In this document: positions 28,450 to 38,827 of the stretch, piece after piece
Numbering within the stretch: the stretch's first letter is position 1
Layout of the letters: the number at the start of each line of letters is the position of its first letter
Notes under the pieces: generated by a model
Told to the model about the DNA's origin: nothing
Database searches by the model: none
The model's input: only the letters and a program-made list of their open reading frames with translations
Virus record (IMG/VR): IMGVR_UViG_2608642293_000001
Coordinates: 44,874-108,873 of that record
Origin: a virus
Taxonomy: Duplodnaviria > Caudoviricetes
Reading direction: 5' to 3' (one strand)
DNA: 64,000 bases
Program-made: the position numbers and the translations under genes

Positions 28450-29840
28450 ATGGATTTTAAACCTTGGGATTATCAAAAATATGCAATTAATCATGTTATA
28501 GATAATAATGCTGCAGGTTTATTTCTTTGAGAGTAGACATGGGAATGGGTAAGACGGTCAGCTCATTAACTGCAATAGATAATTTATTATTCTTAGGTGA
28601 TACAAGCAAGGTTCTTGTTATAGCTCCTAAAAGAGTTGCAGAAGATACCTGGTCAACTGAAGTGGAAAAGTGGGACCATCTAAAAGACTTAAGAATATCA
28701 ATTGTTTTAGGAACTCCAAAGCAAAGGGATGAAGCAGTTAAAAAAGATGCGGATATTTATGTTACAAGTAGAGATAATGTAGTTTGGTTAGTTGATAATT
28801 ATTTTAAAACTTGGAAGTGGGACACTTGTATAATAGATGAATTAAGTTCTTTTAAATCAAGTAAAGCCAAGAGGTTCAGAGCATTAAAGAAAGTAAGGCC
28901 ATACTTTAAAAGAATCATAGGACTTACTGGAACACCTGCACCAAATTCATTAATAGATTTATGGCCACAATTGTATTTGCTTGATGGTGGACAAAGGTTA
29001 GGTAGAACTATTACAGGCTATAGAGAGCAATACTTTGTTCCTGGTGATAGAAACCAACATATAGTTTATAACTGGAATCTTAAAGAAGGTGCAGAGGATG
29101 CAATCCATAATAAAATATCTGATATATGCATTTCAATGATGGCTAAAGATTATTTAGATTTACCTGAAAGAATTGATAATAAGATTTATATAGATCTGCC
29201 AAAGAGTGCTAAGGATAAATATAAAGAGCTTGAAAAAGACTTAATAATTCAGCTGGATGGGGAAGATATAACAGCAACTAATGCTGCAGTATTAACAGGT
29301 AAATTACTTCAAATAGCAAATGGTGCAATTTATTCAGAAGATCATGAAGTAGTAGAGCTTCATGGAGAAAAGCTAAATGCATTACTAGATATTATTGAAG
29401 CAGCCAATGGCAAACCAGTGCTAGTATTCTATTCATTCAAACATGACTTATCTAGAATTATGAAAACATTGAAGGATAACAAGCTTAAAGGTCAAGTATT
29501 GGAAGGTCAAGATGATATTAAGAAATGGAACAATGAAGATATATCAATTCTTTTATTACATCCTGCTTCAGCTGGGCACGGCCTTAATCTTCAGTATGGC
29601 GGGAATATCGTTGTATGGTTTGGACTTCCTTGGAGCTTAGAGCTTTACCAACAAGCCAACGCCAGATTACACAGACAAGGGCAAAAGGAGACGGTTATTA
29701 TTCATCATATTATAGCTAGAAATACGGTAGATGAAGATGTAATAAAAGCATTAAGTAGTAAAGAAATTAATCAAAATGTACTTTTAGAAGCAGTAAAAGC
29801 ACGATTAAAAATAGCAAGTGTACAATGTGAACAAAAATAA
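28450..29840 (+). pseudogene. SNF2-family helicase interrupted by an apparent 8-bp insertion
   Basis: RBS aggtg, MDFKPWDYQ...AGLFL then TGA; DMGMGKT, IIDELS and QANARLHRQGQ continue in another frame (28527-29840). Confidence 0.75.
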
Positions 29841-30124
29841 TTAAACTTTTAAAATTAATACAATTAGGCTAAAAAGGTGTGTACAAGATTATTTTTTACA
29901 GTTTATACCAACGTGTACAACGTGAACTAAATTTTTTGCTTTGTTCACATACTTTGTTCACGCAATAAATGCGATAACCATAATGGTTTGAAAGCTACTG
30001 TGTACAATGTGAACATAAATATATTATATATTATTATTTATATAAATAGACATATACATGTACGCGCGCGTACGCCTAATACGCGTATACGTATATATAG
30101 AGAAAATGTGTTAACATTGTACAC
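29818..30124. repeat. Direct and inverted GTGTACAAYGTGAAC repeats; putative phage replication origin
   Basis: Direct copies at 29818, 29913, 30000; inverted copy at 30110; partial inverted copies 29941-29962; AT-rich core and CG/TA palindromes. Confidence 0.6.
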
Positions 30125-30187
30125 GTCTTAAAAAGTAGATAGGCTTGTAATGAAAAAAAATAAACGTAAAGGTGGGAAAATGTAGGA

Positions 30188-30538
30188 ATGAAATTATTGA
30201 TGCATGTTTTAAGGAAAAATGATAGATTGAAAATAGATAATACAGCATTGCCACTTAATCAAATAGCAGCTAAATTGACTGAGGAGTATAGTGAGGTTAT
30301 TGAAGCTCTAGAAAGATACCATATGAATAAAACATTAGTTAACTTAAAGGAGATCATAAGAGAAACCTTTGACTTAATTCAGATGTGCATTTTGATTTTA
30401 TGGCGTTGTCATAGAAAAGCTTTGGATCTTGCTGAACCTTTATTGATTAAAGATATTAACATTGAACATAAAGACAAACTAATAAGTGAAAGACAGTGGA
30501 CCATAGAAACAGGAATCGAAATTGATGTAAAGGAGTAG
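30188..30538 (+). CDS. MazG-like nucleotide pyrophosphohydrolase-fold protein
   Basis: KLTEEYSEV...RETFDLIQ acidic helix pattern. Confidence 0.5.
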   Translation: MKLLMHVLRKNDRLKIDNTALPLNQIAAKLTEEYSEVIEALERYHMNKTLVNLKEIIRETFDLIQMCILILWRCHRKALDLAEPLLIKDINIEHKDKLISERQWTIETGIEIDVKE

Positions 30539-30544
30539 GAGTCA

Positions 30545-30985
30545 ATGATAGATACAGCAATAGAGGAAATTAAGCAAAGAATAGATAATAATTTAAAAGC
30601 TCTAAAGGAATTAGATGAAAAGTACCTAAAGGCATATAAACCTAAAGAGTGGTCTGAAGGATCTAGCTATAATGATTATGATTCTATCCATGGTGGTAAG
30701 AAAGAGCCAAGGATTGAAGATTATTATAAAGAACGACAAAGGTTATTAGCCCTAATAGAGTTAGATGAGCAGTTAATAACATCTTTGGGATTACAGGTTA
30801 ATGATGATGAATATTTAAATCTTTTAAAGAATAATAGTCAACGGATTCAGTATTACAGATTTGTTAAAGGTTATACGCAATCTAAGACTGCAGATATTTT
30901 AGGTATTACAGAGAGGCAGGTTAGAAGAATTGAAAAAGAAATAAAAATGTCCGGTTTAATGTCCTGTTCACTTGATTTTCAATAG
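30545..30985 (+). CDS. Late-gene activator with sigma70-r4-like HTH
   Basis: YRFVKGYTQSKTADILGITERQVRRIE; lies just before terminase genes. Confidence 0.7.
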   Translation: MIDTAIEEIKQRIDNNLKALKELDEKYLKAYKPKEWSEGSSYNDYDSIHGGKKEPRIEDYYKERQRLLALIELDEQLITSLGLQVNDDEYLNLLKNNSQRIQYYRFVKGYTQSKTADILGITERQVRRIEKEIKMSGLMSCSLDFQ

Positions 30986-31159
30986 TGTATAATAGTATTA
31001 AGGAAATTTAGGTTTGAGCAAAAGATGAATTTAAGCCCTCCTAATTACATGATAATAAACCAGTAGAAACAAAAATATATTTTGAAAGGAAGTGGAATCC
31101 CTCCATGTCTTGAGAATATATAGTATCTACTGGTTTATTTATATTACAAAGAAGGTGAG

Positions 31160-31717
31160 GTGGCATTAATGGCCAAGTTAACAGAAAAGCAAAAACTGTT
31201 TTGTGATGAGTATCTAATTGATCTTAATGTCACACAAGCAGCTATAAGGTCAGGATACAGTAATTCATATGCAAATAAAAAAGCTTTTTTATTGCTGGAA
31301 AAATCTGAAATAAGAGAGTATATAGATAAACGAATGAAAGACAGAGAGAAACGTACTGAGATAACTCAGGATGTGGTATTAGAGGAACTAAGAAAGATAG
31401 CACTTGCAAAGCCAACGGATTTTTTTGAAGTTGAAGATATGGGCCAATATAAGAAGGTTAATATCGTGCCAACCAAGGATATTCCAGAAGATAAGATTGG
31501 AGCTATAGCAAGTATAAAGCAAGGAGCTAATGGAATAGAAGTTAAGCTTCATGATAGATTAAAAGCTTTAGAACTTATTGGAAGACATCTAGGAATGTTC
31601 AAAGATAAAATTGAAATTAGCAAAGATAATACTAAGGTTGACGTTAACATAGATGATATGCTTAATGAAATAAAAGAGGATAATGATATAGAAGATATTT
31701 CCCAAATTAAAAAATAA
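31160..31717 (+). CDS. terS: Terminase small subunit
   Basis: LTEKQKLFCDEYLIDLNVTQAAIRSGYS...ALELIGRHLGMF. Confidence 0.9.
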   Translation: MALMAKLTEKQKLFCDEYLIDLNVTQAAIRSGYSNSYANKKAFLLLEKSEIREYIDKRMKDREKRTEITQDVVLEELRKIALAKPTDFFEVEDMGQYKKVNIVPTKDIPEDKIGAIASIKQGANGIEVKLHDRLKALELIGRHLGMFKDKIEISKDNTKVDVNIDDMLNEIKEDNDIEDISQIKK

Positions 31718-32199
31718 GAAAATATATAAATACTTGAAATTATTTCGCAAAGTTGCAGTTTAGCGAAATAATTAAAGAAAGTGAAATATTAAGGAATGGC
31801 TTAAATACTTGTTTTAGATAGGGTGCAGTAATTATGTATAAAGAAATGCATAAAACAAGTGAATAATAAGTGTATAAACTATTAAATATGCATTTATTAT
31901 CGAATAAATATTAATGATTATTTCCCGATATTTATAGCGTGATTATATTGATATTATAGCATAAATCTATGGATGGGGGGTGCCTTCTAAAATGAAAAAT
32001 CAAAAAATATGGTCGACAAGCTCCATAAAATTTTTCTATAATTTTTAAACTCGAAAGAAATAATGACAAAATGGAAGCTCTATTAAAAGAAATTAAAGAA
32101 ACTAAGGCTGAATTAAAAGAAAAATATGGTTGTGAATTGTAATTTCTAAAAGGATTTTATCTCTTTTTGTATAATGGTTTATTTTATGGAGGGGATAAA

Positions 32200-32976
32200 A
32201 TGAAAATAAACAAAACAAGTTGTAAATTTGCGGTGTTGATTATTTTTTCTATTATTATTTTAATAATACCAATTTTATCTATTAATACATTTTTCTTTAG
32301 AAATCAAGTATTATGGTATTTTAAAGAAAAAGAAAATGCATATCAATATTTACAATTTATCGGGACTTTTTTAGGAGTAATAGTAAGTGTTTTAGGCGCA
32401 TTTATAGCAATAGAACATCAAATCGAAAAGGAAAAAGAACTTCAAGAAAAAAATATTAAACAACAAAAAGAAATCGACATTCAAATCAAATTAAGAGAGG
32501 ATTTTATACAGCGAATTCTGGAAACAAGAAAAAGCATTTATAATCTAAGTTGTTATAATCTCTCTATTGGTATGGTATCTGAAAAGGTTGTTGAATCTGA
32601 AAAAACTGGAGATACGAATTTGTTGTTTGGTATTGAAGAACTAAATACAGATGCAAGGGACTACTTTCATAATGCTTATAATAAATACAATGAAAATATG
32701 TCAAATCTAATAACACAATTGGATAATTATAAAAACAAGTTAAGACATATGGATTATGATTATTATAATATATTAAAAGAAGAATATGGAACTATACTTA
32801 ACATGTATTCTGATATTAATATGCGTATAAGTTCTTTTCCTAATTATACTGTACAAATGATGGAATATGTAAATTTAAAAATTAAGGTATTTGATTCAGA
32901 AATAATGGACTTAGCTGAAAAATTAAAAACAATAATCGAAGAATTAGATAAATATTATATAACAATTGATGTATAA
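32200..32976 (+). CDS. Membrane-anchored moron protein of unknown function
   Basis: Two N-terminal TM helices plus coiled coil; own TATAAT, RBS and terminator; inserted between terS and terL. Confidence 0.65.
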   Translation: MKINKTSCKFAVLIIFSIIILIIPILSINTFFFRNQVLWYFKEKENAYQYLQFIGTFLGVIVSVLGAFIAIEHQIEKEKELQEKNIKQQKEIDIQIKLREDFIQRILETRKSIYNLSCYNLSIGMVSEKVVESEKTGDTNLLFGIEELNTDARDYFHNAYNKYNENMSNLITQLDNYKNKLRHMDYDYYNILKEEYGTILNMYSDINMRISSFPNYTVQMMEYVNLKIKVFDSEIMDLAEKLKTIIEELDKYYITIDV

Positions 32977-33035
32977 AAATAATTTAGAGCTCTCACAATG
33001 AGGGTTCTTTTATTATGCCTAAAAGGAGGAATAGC

Positions 33036-34829
33036 ATGATATACTTTGACAACTTAAAATTTCATACAGAGCTCAAATATGAGGTATATCTGTTAAATAA
33101 ATACCTCACTAAATATTATGATTCAGGTACGGCAGATAAGCTTTTAAAGGCTAATAGCAGGGATTTAGATAGACTTGCAAAGGCACTAAGTGACAAAGAC
33201 ATTGAATTTTTCTGTTTGTATTTCATGAGTGATACTTTTGTTCCTAAAGGAATGAATGATGATGGAAGTTATCCAGTGGATCATATACCAAATGTAGCTA
33301 GACAACTTTCTAAAGGTCATTATGAGTTGTGGGATATTGCAAATGAAATATTTGTAGAAGATAAAAGAGATAAAGCAGCAATTATAGAACCAAGAGGATA
33401 CGCAAAAACTACCATTTTTGATATGGCTGTCAGTGTATATTTACATTGCTACAAAAAATCTCTCTTTACTCTACTTGGAGCTAAAACCGATACAGATGCA
33501 ACTCAATTCTTGGATTCTATTAAGAAAGTATTTAATGAGAACCAGAAGATTATTAAAACTTTTGGTAAATTGATTGACATTAAGGCTGTAAAAGTAAATG
33601 GAGAAAGATATACAGTTAATGCCAATGAAGTTGAGTTTACTAATGGAACTTATATTAGGACCGTTGGTTCTGGAACATCTGTTAGAGGTTCGAACTGGGG
33701 AGGAATTAGACCAACTGTATTTATAGGCGATGATTTTCAGGACGAGAAGAATATCCTAACTGATGCAGCTAGGGAGAAACAATACAGTAAATGGACAAAA
33801 GAAGTTGAAGAGGTTGGAGATAAAGCAGTTTATAGGAATGGTAAAAAAATAAAAGCTGCAACTAAAATCATTGCTATTGGAACAGTATTACATATTGATT
33901 GCTTAATGTCTAAGCTAAGCAGAAATGGTGATTATTATACTATTTTAAGACGCGCGATAATTCTCGAAACTGACCAGACTGTTGAAGATATCTTCGAAAA
34001 TGATTTGTGGTTACAATGTCATGATATATACTTCGATGAAAAACTAAATAAAGAAGAAAGAAAAGAAAAAGCTAAGCAATTCTATGAGGATCACAAGGAA
34101 GAGATGCAATTTGAAACCTGGTGGCCCGAAAAATGGGATTGCTTTAATGATTTAGCTATTAAATACTGGGAAGATAGAGCCGCATTTATGTCTGAGCTTA
34201 TGAACGATGCTACAGCTATAGGCGAAAAGTGGTTTAAATCTGTTGCTACTAGGACTAGTGAGGAGATAGAAAACCACAAATTTATCAAGACAGCTTTAGT
34301 TATAGATCCAGCAGCAAGCACAAGTAAGAAAAATGACTATACTGCTATGGGCGTAATGAGTAAAGCTACAAATGACTTTACTTATGTTCGGGATTTGCTA
34401 ATGAAAAGACTTGGATATAATGACTATTGCGAAAAGGCTGTTGATTTTATTAGAAGTCATGAAGATATTACGCATATTGTTATTGAGAAAAATACATTCA
34501 TGGGTGCTGATGTTCTTAAAATGCAAGAATTAATTGATAAAGAACCTAAATTAAAGAGTAGGCGCCTTGAATTTATTAATAAAATGCAGAAAACAAACAA
34601 GGATGAAAAAATAAGTACTGTTATGGATCCAGTAAATAATGGACAGATAGTTATAAATTCTGATTGTGAGGATAGTTCAGCAGCAGTCAAACAAGTATTA
34701 GAGTTCCAAGGTCAAAAATATACTCCTCATGATGATTTTATAGATATGATTTCAGAGGGTGAAAATGCTTTAAAAGAAATAAAAGTAGTTAGTAAAGTTG
34801 AAATATTCGATAGAAATTCATTATTTTAG
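33036..34829 (+). CDS. terL: Terminase large subunit
   Basis: PRGYAKTT Walker A; IGDD; C-terminal nuclease IDPA...DYTA...HDDFID. Confidence 0.88.
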   Translation: MIYFDNLKFHTELKYEVYLLNKYLTKYYDSGTADKLLKANSRDLDRLAKALSDKDIEFFCLYFMSDTFVPKGMNDDGSYPVDHIPNVARQLSKGHYELWDIANEIFVEDKRDKAAIIEPRGYAKTTIFDMAVSVYLHCYKKSLFTLLGAKTDTDATQFLDSIKKVFNENQKIIKTFGKLIDIKAVKVNGERYTVNANEVEFTNGTYIRTVGSGTSVRGSNWGGIRPTVFIGDDFQDEKNILTDAAREKQYSKWTKEVEEVGDKAVYRNGKKIKAATKIIAIGTVLHIDCLMSKLSRNGDYYTILRRAIILETDQTVEDIFENDLWLQCHDIYFDEKLNKEERKEKAKQFYEDHKEEMQFETWWPEKWDCFNDLAIKYWEDRAAFMSELMNDATAIGEKWFKSVATRTSEEIENHKFIKTALVIDPAASTSKKNDYTAMGVMSKATNDFTYVRDLLMKRLGYNDYCEKAVDFIRSHEDITHIVIEKNTFMGADVLKMQELIDKEPKLKSRRLEFINKMQKTNKDEKISTVMDPVNNGQIVINSDCEDSSAAVKQVLEFQGQKYTPHDDFIDMISEGENALKEIKVVSKVEIFDRNSLF

Positions 34830-34843
34830 GAGGAGGTGCTAAT

Positions 34844-36169
34844 GTGGGATATATACAGGACAACTCAGAATTATTAAGTCATGTCCTGAGTGATTTTCGA
34901 AGTAGAAAAATACTATACGATAAGATGTATGATTATTGCATAGTGGGAGAAACAGATGCATATAAAAAGTATAAGCGAAATCCAAAAAGAAGTAATTTAA
35001 AAATTAAAGTTAACTTCATCAAAAAGTTTATTATGGAAGAAGTCGCTTATTTAGTTAGTAACAAAATCACTTATGGTAGCAAAAGTGATAATAAAGATAT
35101 AATTGATTATATTGAACATAAGACGGCTCATTGGGATGAGAATCATGAAGAGAACGTTCTTAGGGATATGTTATCATTTGGCAGTGTCTACGAATTATAT
35201 TATACAACTGAAAAAAATAATGAACTCTTTTTCAATGCAAAAGTAATAAGTCCTCGTGATGGCTATATTCTTGAAGATGATTTCGGAAATATATCAATGT
35301 TCTTAAGATTTTATAAAAAGAAATTTGATACAAAGCAATATATAGATATTTACACACCAGATTATATTTATCATGTTGATGAAAGTTTTAATAAGATTGA
35401 TGAACCTACTCCTAATAGATTTGGAGAGGTTCCTGTAAGAGTTGGTGTAGTGAGTAAATATAAAGAGCAGGATACTTTATTTAATGAATTAAAGGATTTA
35501 CAGGATGCTTTTTGTACGAATTTAAGTGATATTGTAAATGAAATATCTGACTATAGGTTAGCTTATTTGCTCTTTTCTGGTTGCCAAATAGATGTGAAAA
35601 ATAAAGACGAAGATGGAAAAACACAACTTGATTATCTAAAAGAAAAAGGGGCCATTTCGGTTGATGCAGCTGGAAAAGTATCATTTGTAACTAAAGAAAT
35701 TAATGATACAGCTGTTCAAAATACTCTTAATACATTGAAGAAAACAATGTATGAATTGTCTAATCATATTGATACAAATGAAAAAATGCAATCAAATCTC
35801 AGTGGTTCTGCTCTTAGAAATAGACTTATAGGACTTGAACAAAGAATAAAGAACTCTGAAGGATCAATGAAGAATATAATTAAAGGCAGACTATATTTTA
35901 TGTTTAAATTGTTTAATAAACTTGAAAATTTAAATTATGATTATAGAGATATAGAAACCAAATTTACATTAAATATTCCTCAGGATGATTTAACAATAGC
36001 TCAAATTATATCTCAAATTCCAGATGGTGTTTTATCAAAAGCTACAATGAGAACATTGTTTAGTTTTATATTCAATTCTGAAAGAGAGCAAAAGCTTATT
36101 GATGCAGAAAAGCAAAAGGAACTGAATCATGAAGTAGATTTGGATAAGGTAATTAACAATAATGGATAA
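34844..36169 (+). CDS. SPP1-type portal protein
   Basis: Follows terL; LQDAF...SD..NE; SNLSGSALR motif. Confidence 0.85.
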   Translation: MGYIQDNSELLSHVLSDFRSRKILYDKMYDYCIVGETDAYKKYKRNPKRSNLKIKVNFIKKFIMEEVAYLVSNKITYGSKSDNKDIIDYIEHKTAHWDENHEENVLRDMLSFGSVYELYYTTEKNNELFFNAKVISPRDGYILEDDFGNISMFLRFYKKKFDTKQYIDIYTPDYIYHVDESFNKIDEPTPNRFGEVPVRVGVVSKYKEQDTLFNELKDLQDAFCTNLSDIVNEISDYRLAYLLFSGCQIDVKNKDEDGKTQLDYLKEKGAISVDAAGKVSFVTKEINDTAVQNTLNTLKKTMYELSNHIDTNEKMQSNLSGSALRNRLIGLEQRIKNSEGSMKNIIKGRLYFMFKLFNKLENLNYDYRDIETKFTLNIPQDDLTIAQIISQIPDGVLSKATMRTLFSFIFNSEREQKLIDAEKQKELNHEVDLDKVINNNG

Positions 36170-37442
36170 GAAAGAGCTCACTCCAGAGCAAGAATTTTTT
36201 AATGATAAAACATTGGAGTTTGCCAAAGAGCTATACGATCAAAATGATAACAAAATCAATGAAGCATATAAAGGACAGAAGGAAAATAGAGATGATATTT
36301 TAAATAAAATAGCAAAGATACTATTATCGTATAATATTTTTGATAATATAATGAATTTAGTTGCAGAAGAAAAGAAGAATTTGTATTCAGAGTTAAGCGA
36401 TTTAATTATTGCTAAATTTAAATCCGAATTAGATTTTGAAACTAATTTAAGTAAAGATATATTGCACGATGTTGGTAGAAATAAATATAATACAAATAAT
36501 TATCTTTATAGCCTAGGTACAGATTTTAAACTTACTCAAATTGATGATAAAGCGTTAGAAAATATTATAAATACAAAAGTTGAGGATAAACTTTGGTCAG
36601 ATAGGTTATATAATAATAAAAATGATATGAGTAAGGTATTAAGAAATGAAATCAAAAAATTTCTTAATGGTGAAACTAATGTAAATGAAATAGAAAATAA
36701 AATAAAGAAAAAATATAACGAGAATGCATATGAAACAAAGAGATTAGTTCAAGATAATATATGTAGAGTTCAAGAGGGTGCTAATGATGTATGGCAACAT
36801 GATCATGGAATAAAGAAAGTTATGTATATGGCTACTCTTGATGGTAAAGTCTGCTCAAAGTGTGCTCAGTATGATACTAAAGTATTTGATATTGATAAAA
36901 AGCCTGTACAAATACCGCAGCATCCATTTTGTAGATGTGTTTATATATCATTACTGGATAAAGATTGGCATCCTAAGATGCGAATTGACAATGAAACTAA
37001 GCAAAATATTAATTGGCAAAGTTATCAAGAATGGGCTAATGGTCCAGGTGCTGAACATTTAAAGCTGAAAAGAAGGACTAGCAATATTGGAGAATTTGCA
37101 AAACTTGAAGAGCCAATGCAATTAAAACATATTAGATCAGTCTGCAAAGAAGCTAAAATTGATTTAGAAGGAATAAAGATAAAAATACAAAGAGATAAGA
37201 GTTTAATTGACTTACCTTTTTTTGCTTCAGCAGACCCCAAAGATGTTGGTAGAATAGATTTATTTCCAGGTGCTTTTAAAAATAGAGATGAATTGTTAAG
37301 AACTATAGTGCATGAAAAAGTACATGTTGAACAGTACAAAAAATATGGTGGTCAATATGTAATGGAAAATAGAAATAAATTTGAGGAAGAGGCTTATAAA
37401 ATTGAAGAAGAATGGTATAATGAATATAAGAAGAAGGGGTGA
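36162..37442 (+). CDS. MuF minor capsid protein with C-terminal HExxH metallopeptidase-like extension
   Basis: ATLDGKVCSKC...PQHPFCRC MuF motif; VHEKVHVEQY in the extension. Confidence 0.8.
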   Translation: MDKKELTPEQEFFNDKTLEFAKELYDQNDNKINEAYKGQKENRDDILNKIAKILLSYNIFDNIMNLVAEEKKNLYSELSDLIIAKFKSELDFETNLSKDILHDVGRNKYNTNNYLYSLGTDFKLTQIDDKALENIINTKVEDKLWSDRLYNNKNDMSKVLRNEIKKFLNGETNVNEIENKIKKKYNENAYETKRLVQDNICRVQEGANDVWQHDHGIKKVMYMATLDGKVCSKCAQYDTKVFDIDKKPVQIPQHPFCRCVYISLLDKDWHPKMRIDNETKQNINWQSYQEWANGPGAEHLKLKRRTSNIGEFAKLEEPMQLKHIRSVCKEAKIDLEGIKIKIQRDKSLIDLPFFASADPKDVGRIDLFPGAFKNRDELLRTIVHEKVHVEQYKKYGGQYVMENRNKFEEEAYKIEEEWYNEYKKKG

Positions 37443-37702
37443 TGTATGTGAAATGGATGGAATGTATAAAATCAATACATGATACAGGAAAATCAGGGAA
37501 ATGCCCAAAATGTAATAGTAGAAATACAGATTATGCATATGTATTAGTAGATGAAGTTAATAATATGGGTTATTTGGATGTTTGGTGCAATGAATGCAAA
37601 TCTATTGAACATATTAGCAGGGTAAAAATAGATGATACATTGAAACAAGTAATAAATGTTGATGATGTTGATTCTGTCATACCAAAATACAAATTAATTT
37701 AG
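37439..37702 (+). CDS. Putative immunity protein (Zn-ribbon) for MuF extension
   Basis: Overlaps MuF stop; CPKC...CNEC; followed by terminator. Confidence 0.55.
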   Translation: MMYVKWMECIKSIHDTGKSGKCPKCNSRNTDYAYVLVDEVNNMGYLDVWCNECKSIEHISRVKIDDTLKQVINVDDVDSVIPKYKLI

Positions 37703-37823
37703 AAGCACTTACTTAAGTTGAATAGGTAGGTGCTATTTTTATGCCTAAAATTAAGGTGGTGATCTAATTATCTCGTTTAAGTCCTACGTTAAAGGCTTAT
37801 TAATTTTTAGGAGGAATTGAAAG

Positions 37824-38057
37824 ATGAATGAATTTATAGAAAAATGTAAAGAAATTGTTACTGACTATATAAAAGATTGTTATGTTGAGAAAGAAGACAT
37901 ATTTGTTGTTTGGAGTTGCAAAACATTACAGAACAAAAAAGCATTATTAAGTGCAACTTTTAAGGGAGCACCTTATTTTGAAATAACCTACAATGGAGAC
38001 AAAGATGAAACTTATGTAGATGTATATAAGAAAGAAAAGAATTATGTTGTTAAATAA
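37824..38057 (+). CDS. Small conserved phage protein (DUF6275-like)
   Basis: VVWSCKTLQNKKALLS...YFEITYNGDKDETYVDVYKK. Confidence 0.7.
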   Translation: MNEFIEKCKEIVTDYIKDCYVEKEDIFVVWSCKTLQNKKALLSATFKGAPYFEITYNGDKDETYVDVYKKEKNYVVK

Positions 38058-38201
38058 GTCTTAAGAAATTAAGGCTTTTTATTTTGCCCTTAGCATGGCG
38101 AAAAAAGGCTGAAAATTTCAAATAATAAAGTATAGCAAATTCAAAAATATTTATGTTCTAGGGCACGTCTTGCATGGTCTAGGGGATAGGAGGAATATAA
38201 C

Positions 38202-38792
38202 ATGAAAAAAGCAGAGTTATTAAAGAAAGTTGAAGCATCAAAAGATGAAGATGATATTAATGATCTATTAAAGGGGACTGATATCGAATCAACTTTTAAA
38301 GTTGAGCCGACTTTAGACGCCTTTAAGGCCAAGTTAGAAAGCGATAAAGCTTTTAAATCTTTTATTGATTCAGAAAAAGATACACATGCTAATAAAGCAC
38401 TAGAAACTTGGAAGACTAACAATTTACCAACACTTATTAACGATGAGGTTCTTAAGGCCACTGGTAAGAAGAAAACACCAGAGCAACTTAAAATTGAGGA
38501 GCTGGAAAGAAAATTTAATGAGAAGGAAGTTGAAGCACAGAATTTAGCAAATCAATCTAAAATTAAAGATTTGTTAACACAGTCTGGTTTTGACCCTACA
38601 AAGACTATCGAGTTCTTTAATACTAGCAACGTGGAAAATGTTGAAGCTAGCATTGGAAACTTTAAAAGTATAATTGACGAAATGGTTAGTAGTGGTGTAA
38701 AAAAGGCAATAACTGATGGTAATTATACTCCACCAGGTGAAAATGGTGCTGGTGAATTAACCGCAGATGATTTAGCAAAAATGATGATGTAA
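38202..38792 (+). CDS. Capsid scaffolding protein (DUF4355-like)
   Basis: Charged coiled coil, KALETWKTNNL; precedes major capsid gene. Confidence 0.75.
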   Translation: MKKAELLKKVEASKDEDDINDLLKGTDIESTFKVEPTLDAFKAKLESDKAFKSFIDSEKDTHANKALETWKTNNLPTLINDEVLKATGKKKTPEQLKIEELERKFNEKEVEAQNLANQSKIKDLLTQSGFDPTKTIEFFNTSNVENVEASIGNFKSIIDEMVSSGVKKAITDGNYTPPGENGAGELTADDLAKMMM

Positions 38793-38827
38793 AAAATAAA
38801 AATTATAAAATTGGAGAGTGATATTTT

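Noticed and set aside
28525-28530. CTT TGA as a prfB-type +1 frameshift rescuing SNF2
   Set aside because: The helicase continues in the -1 frame; the +1 frame stops after a few codons
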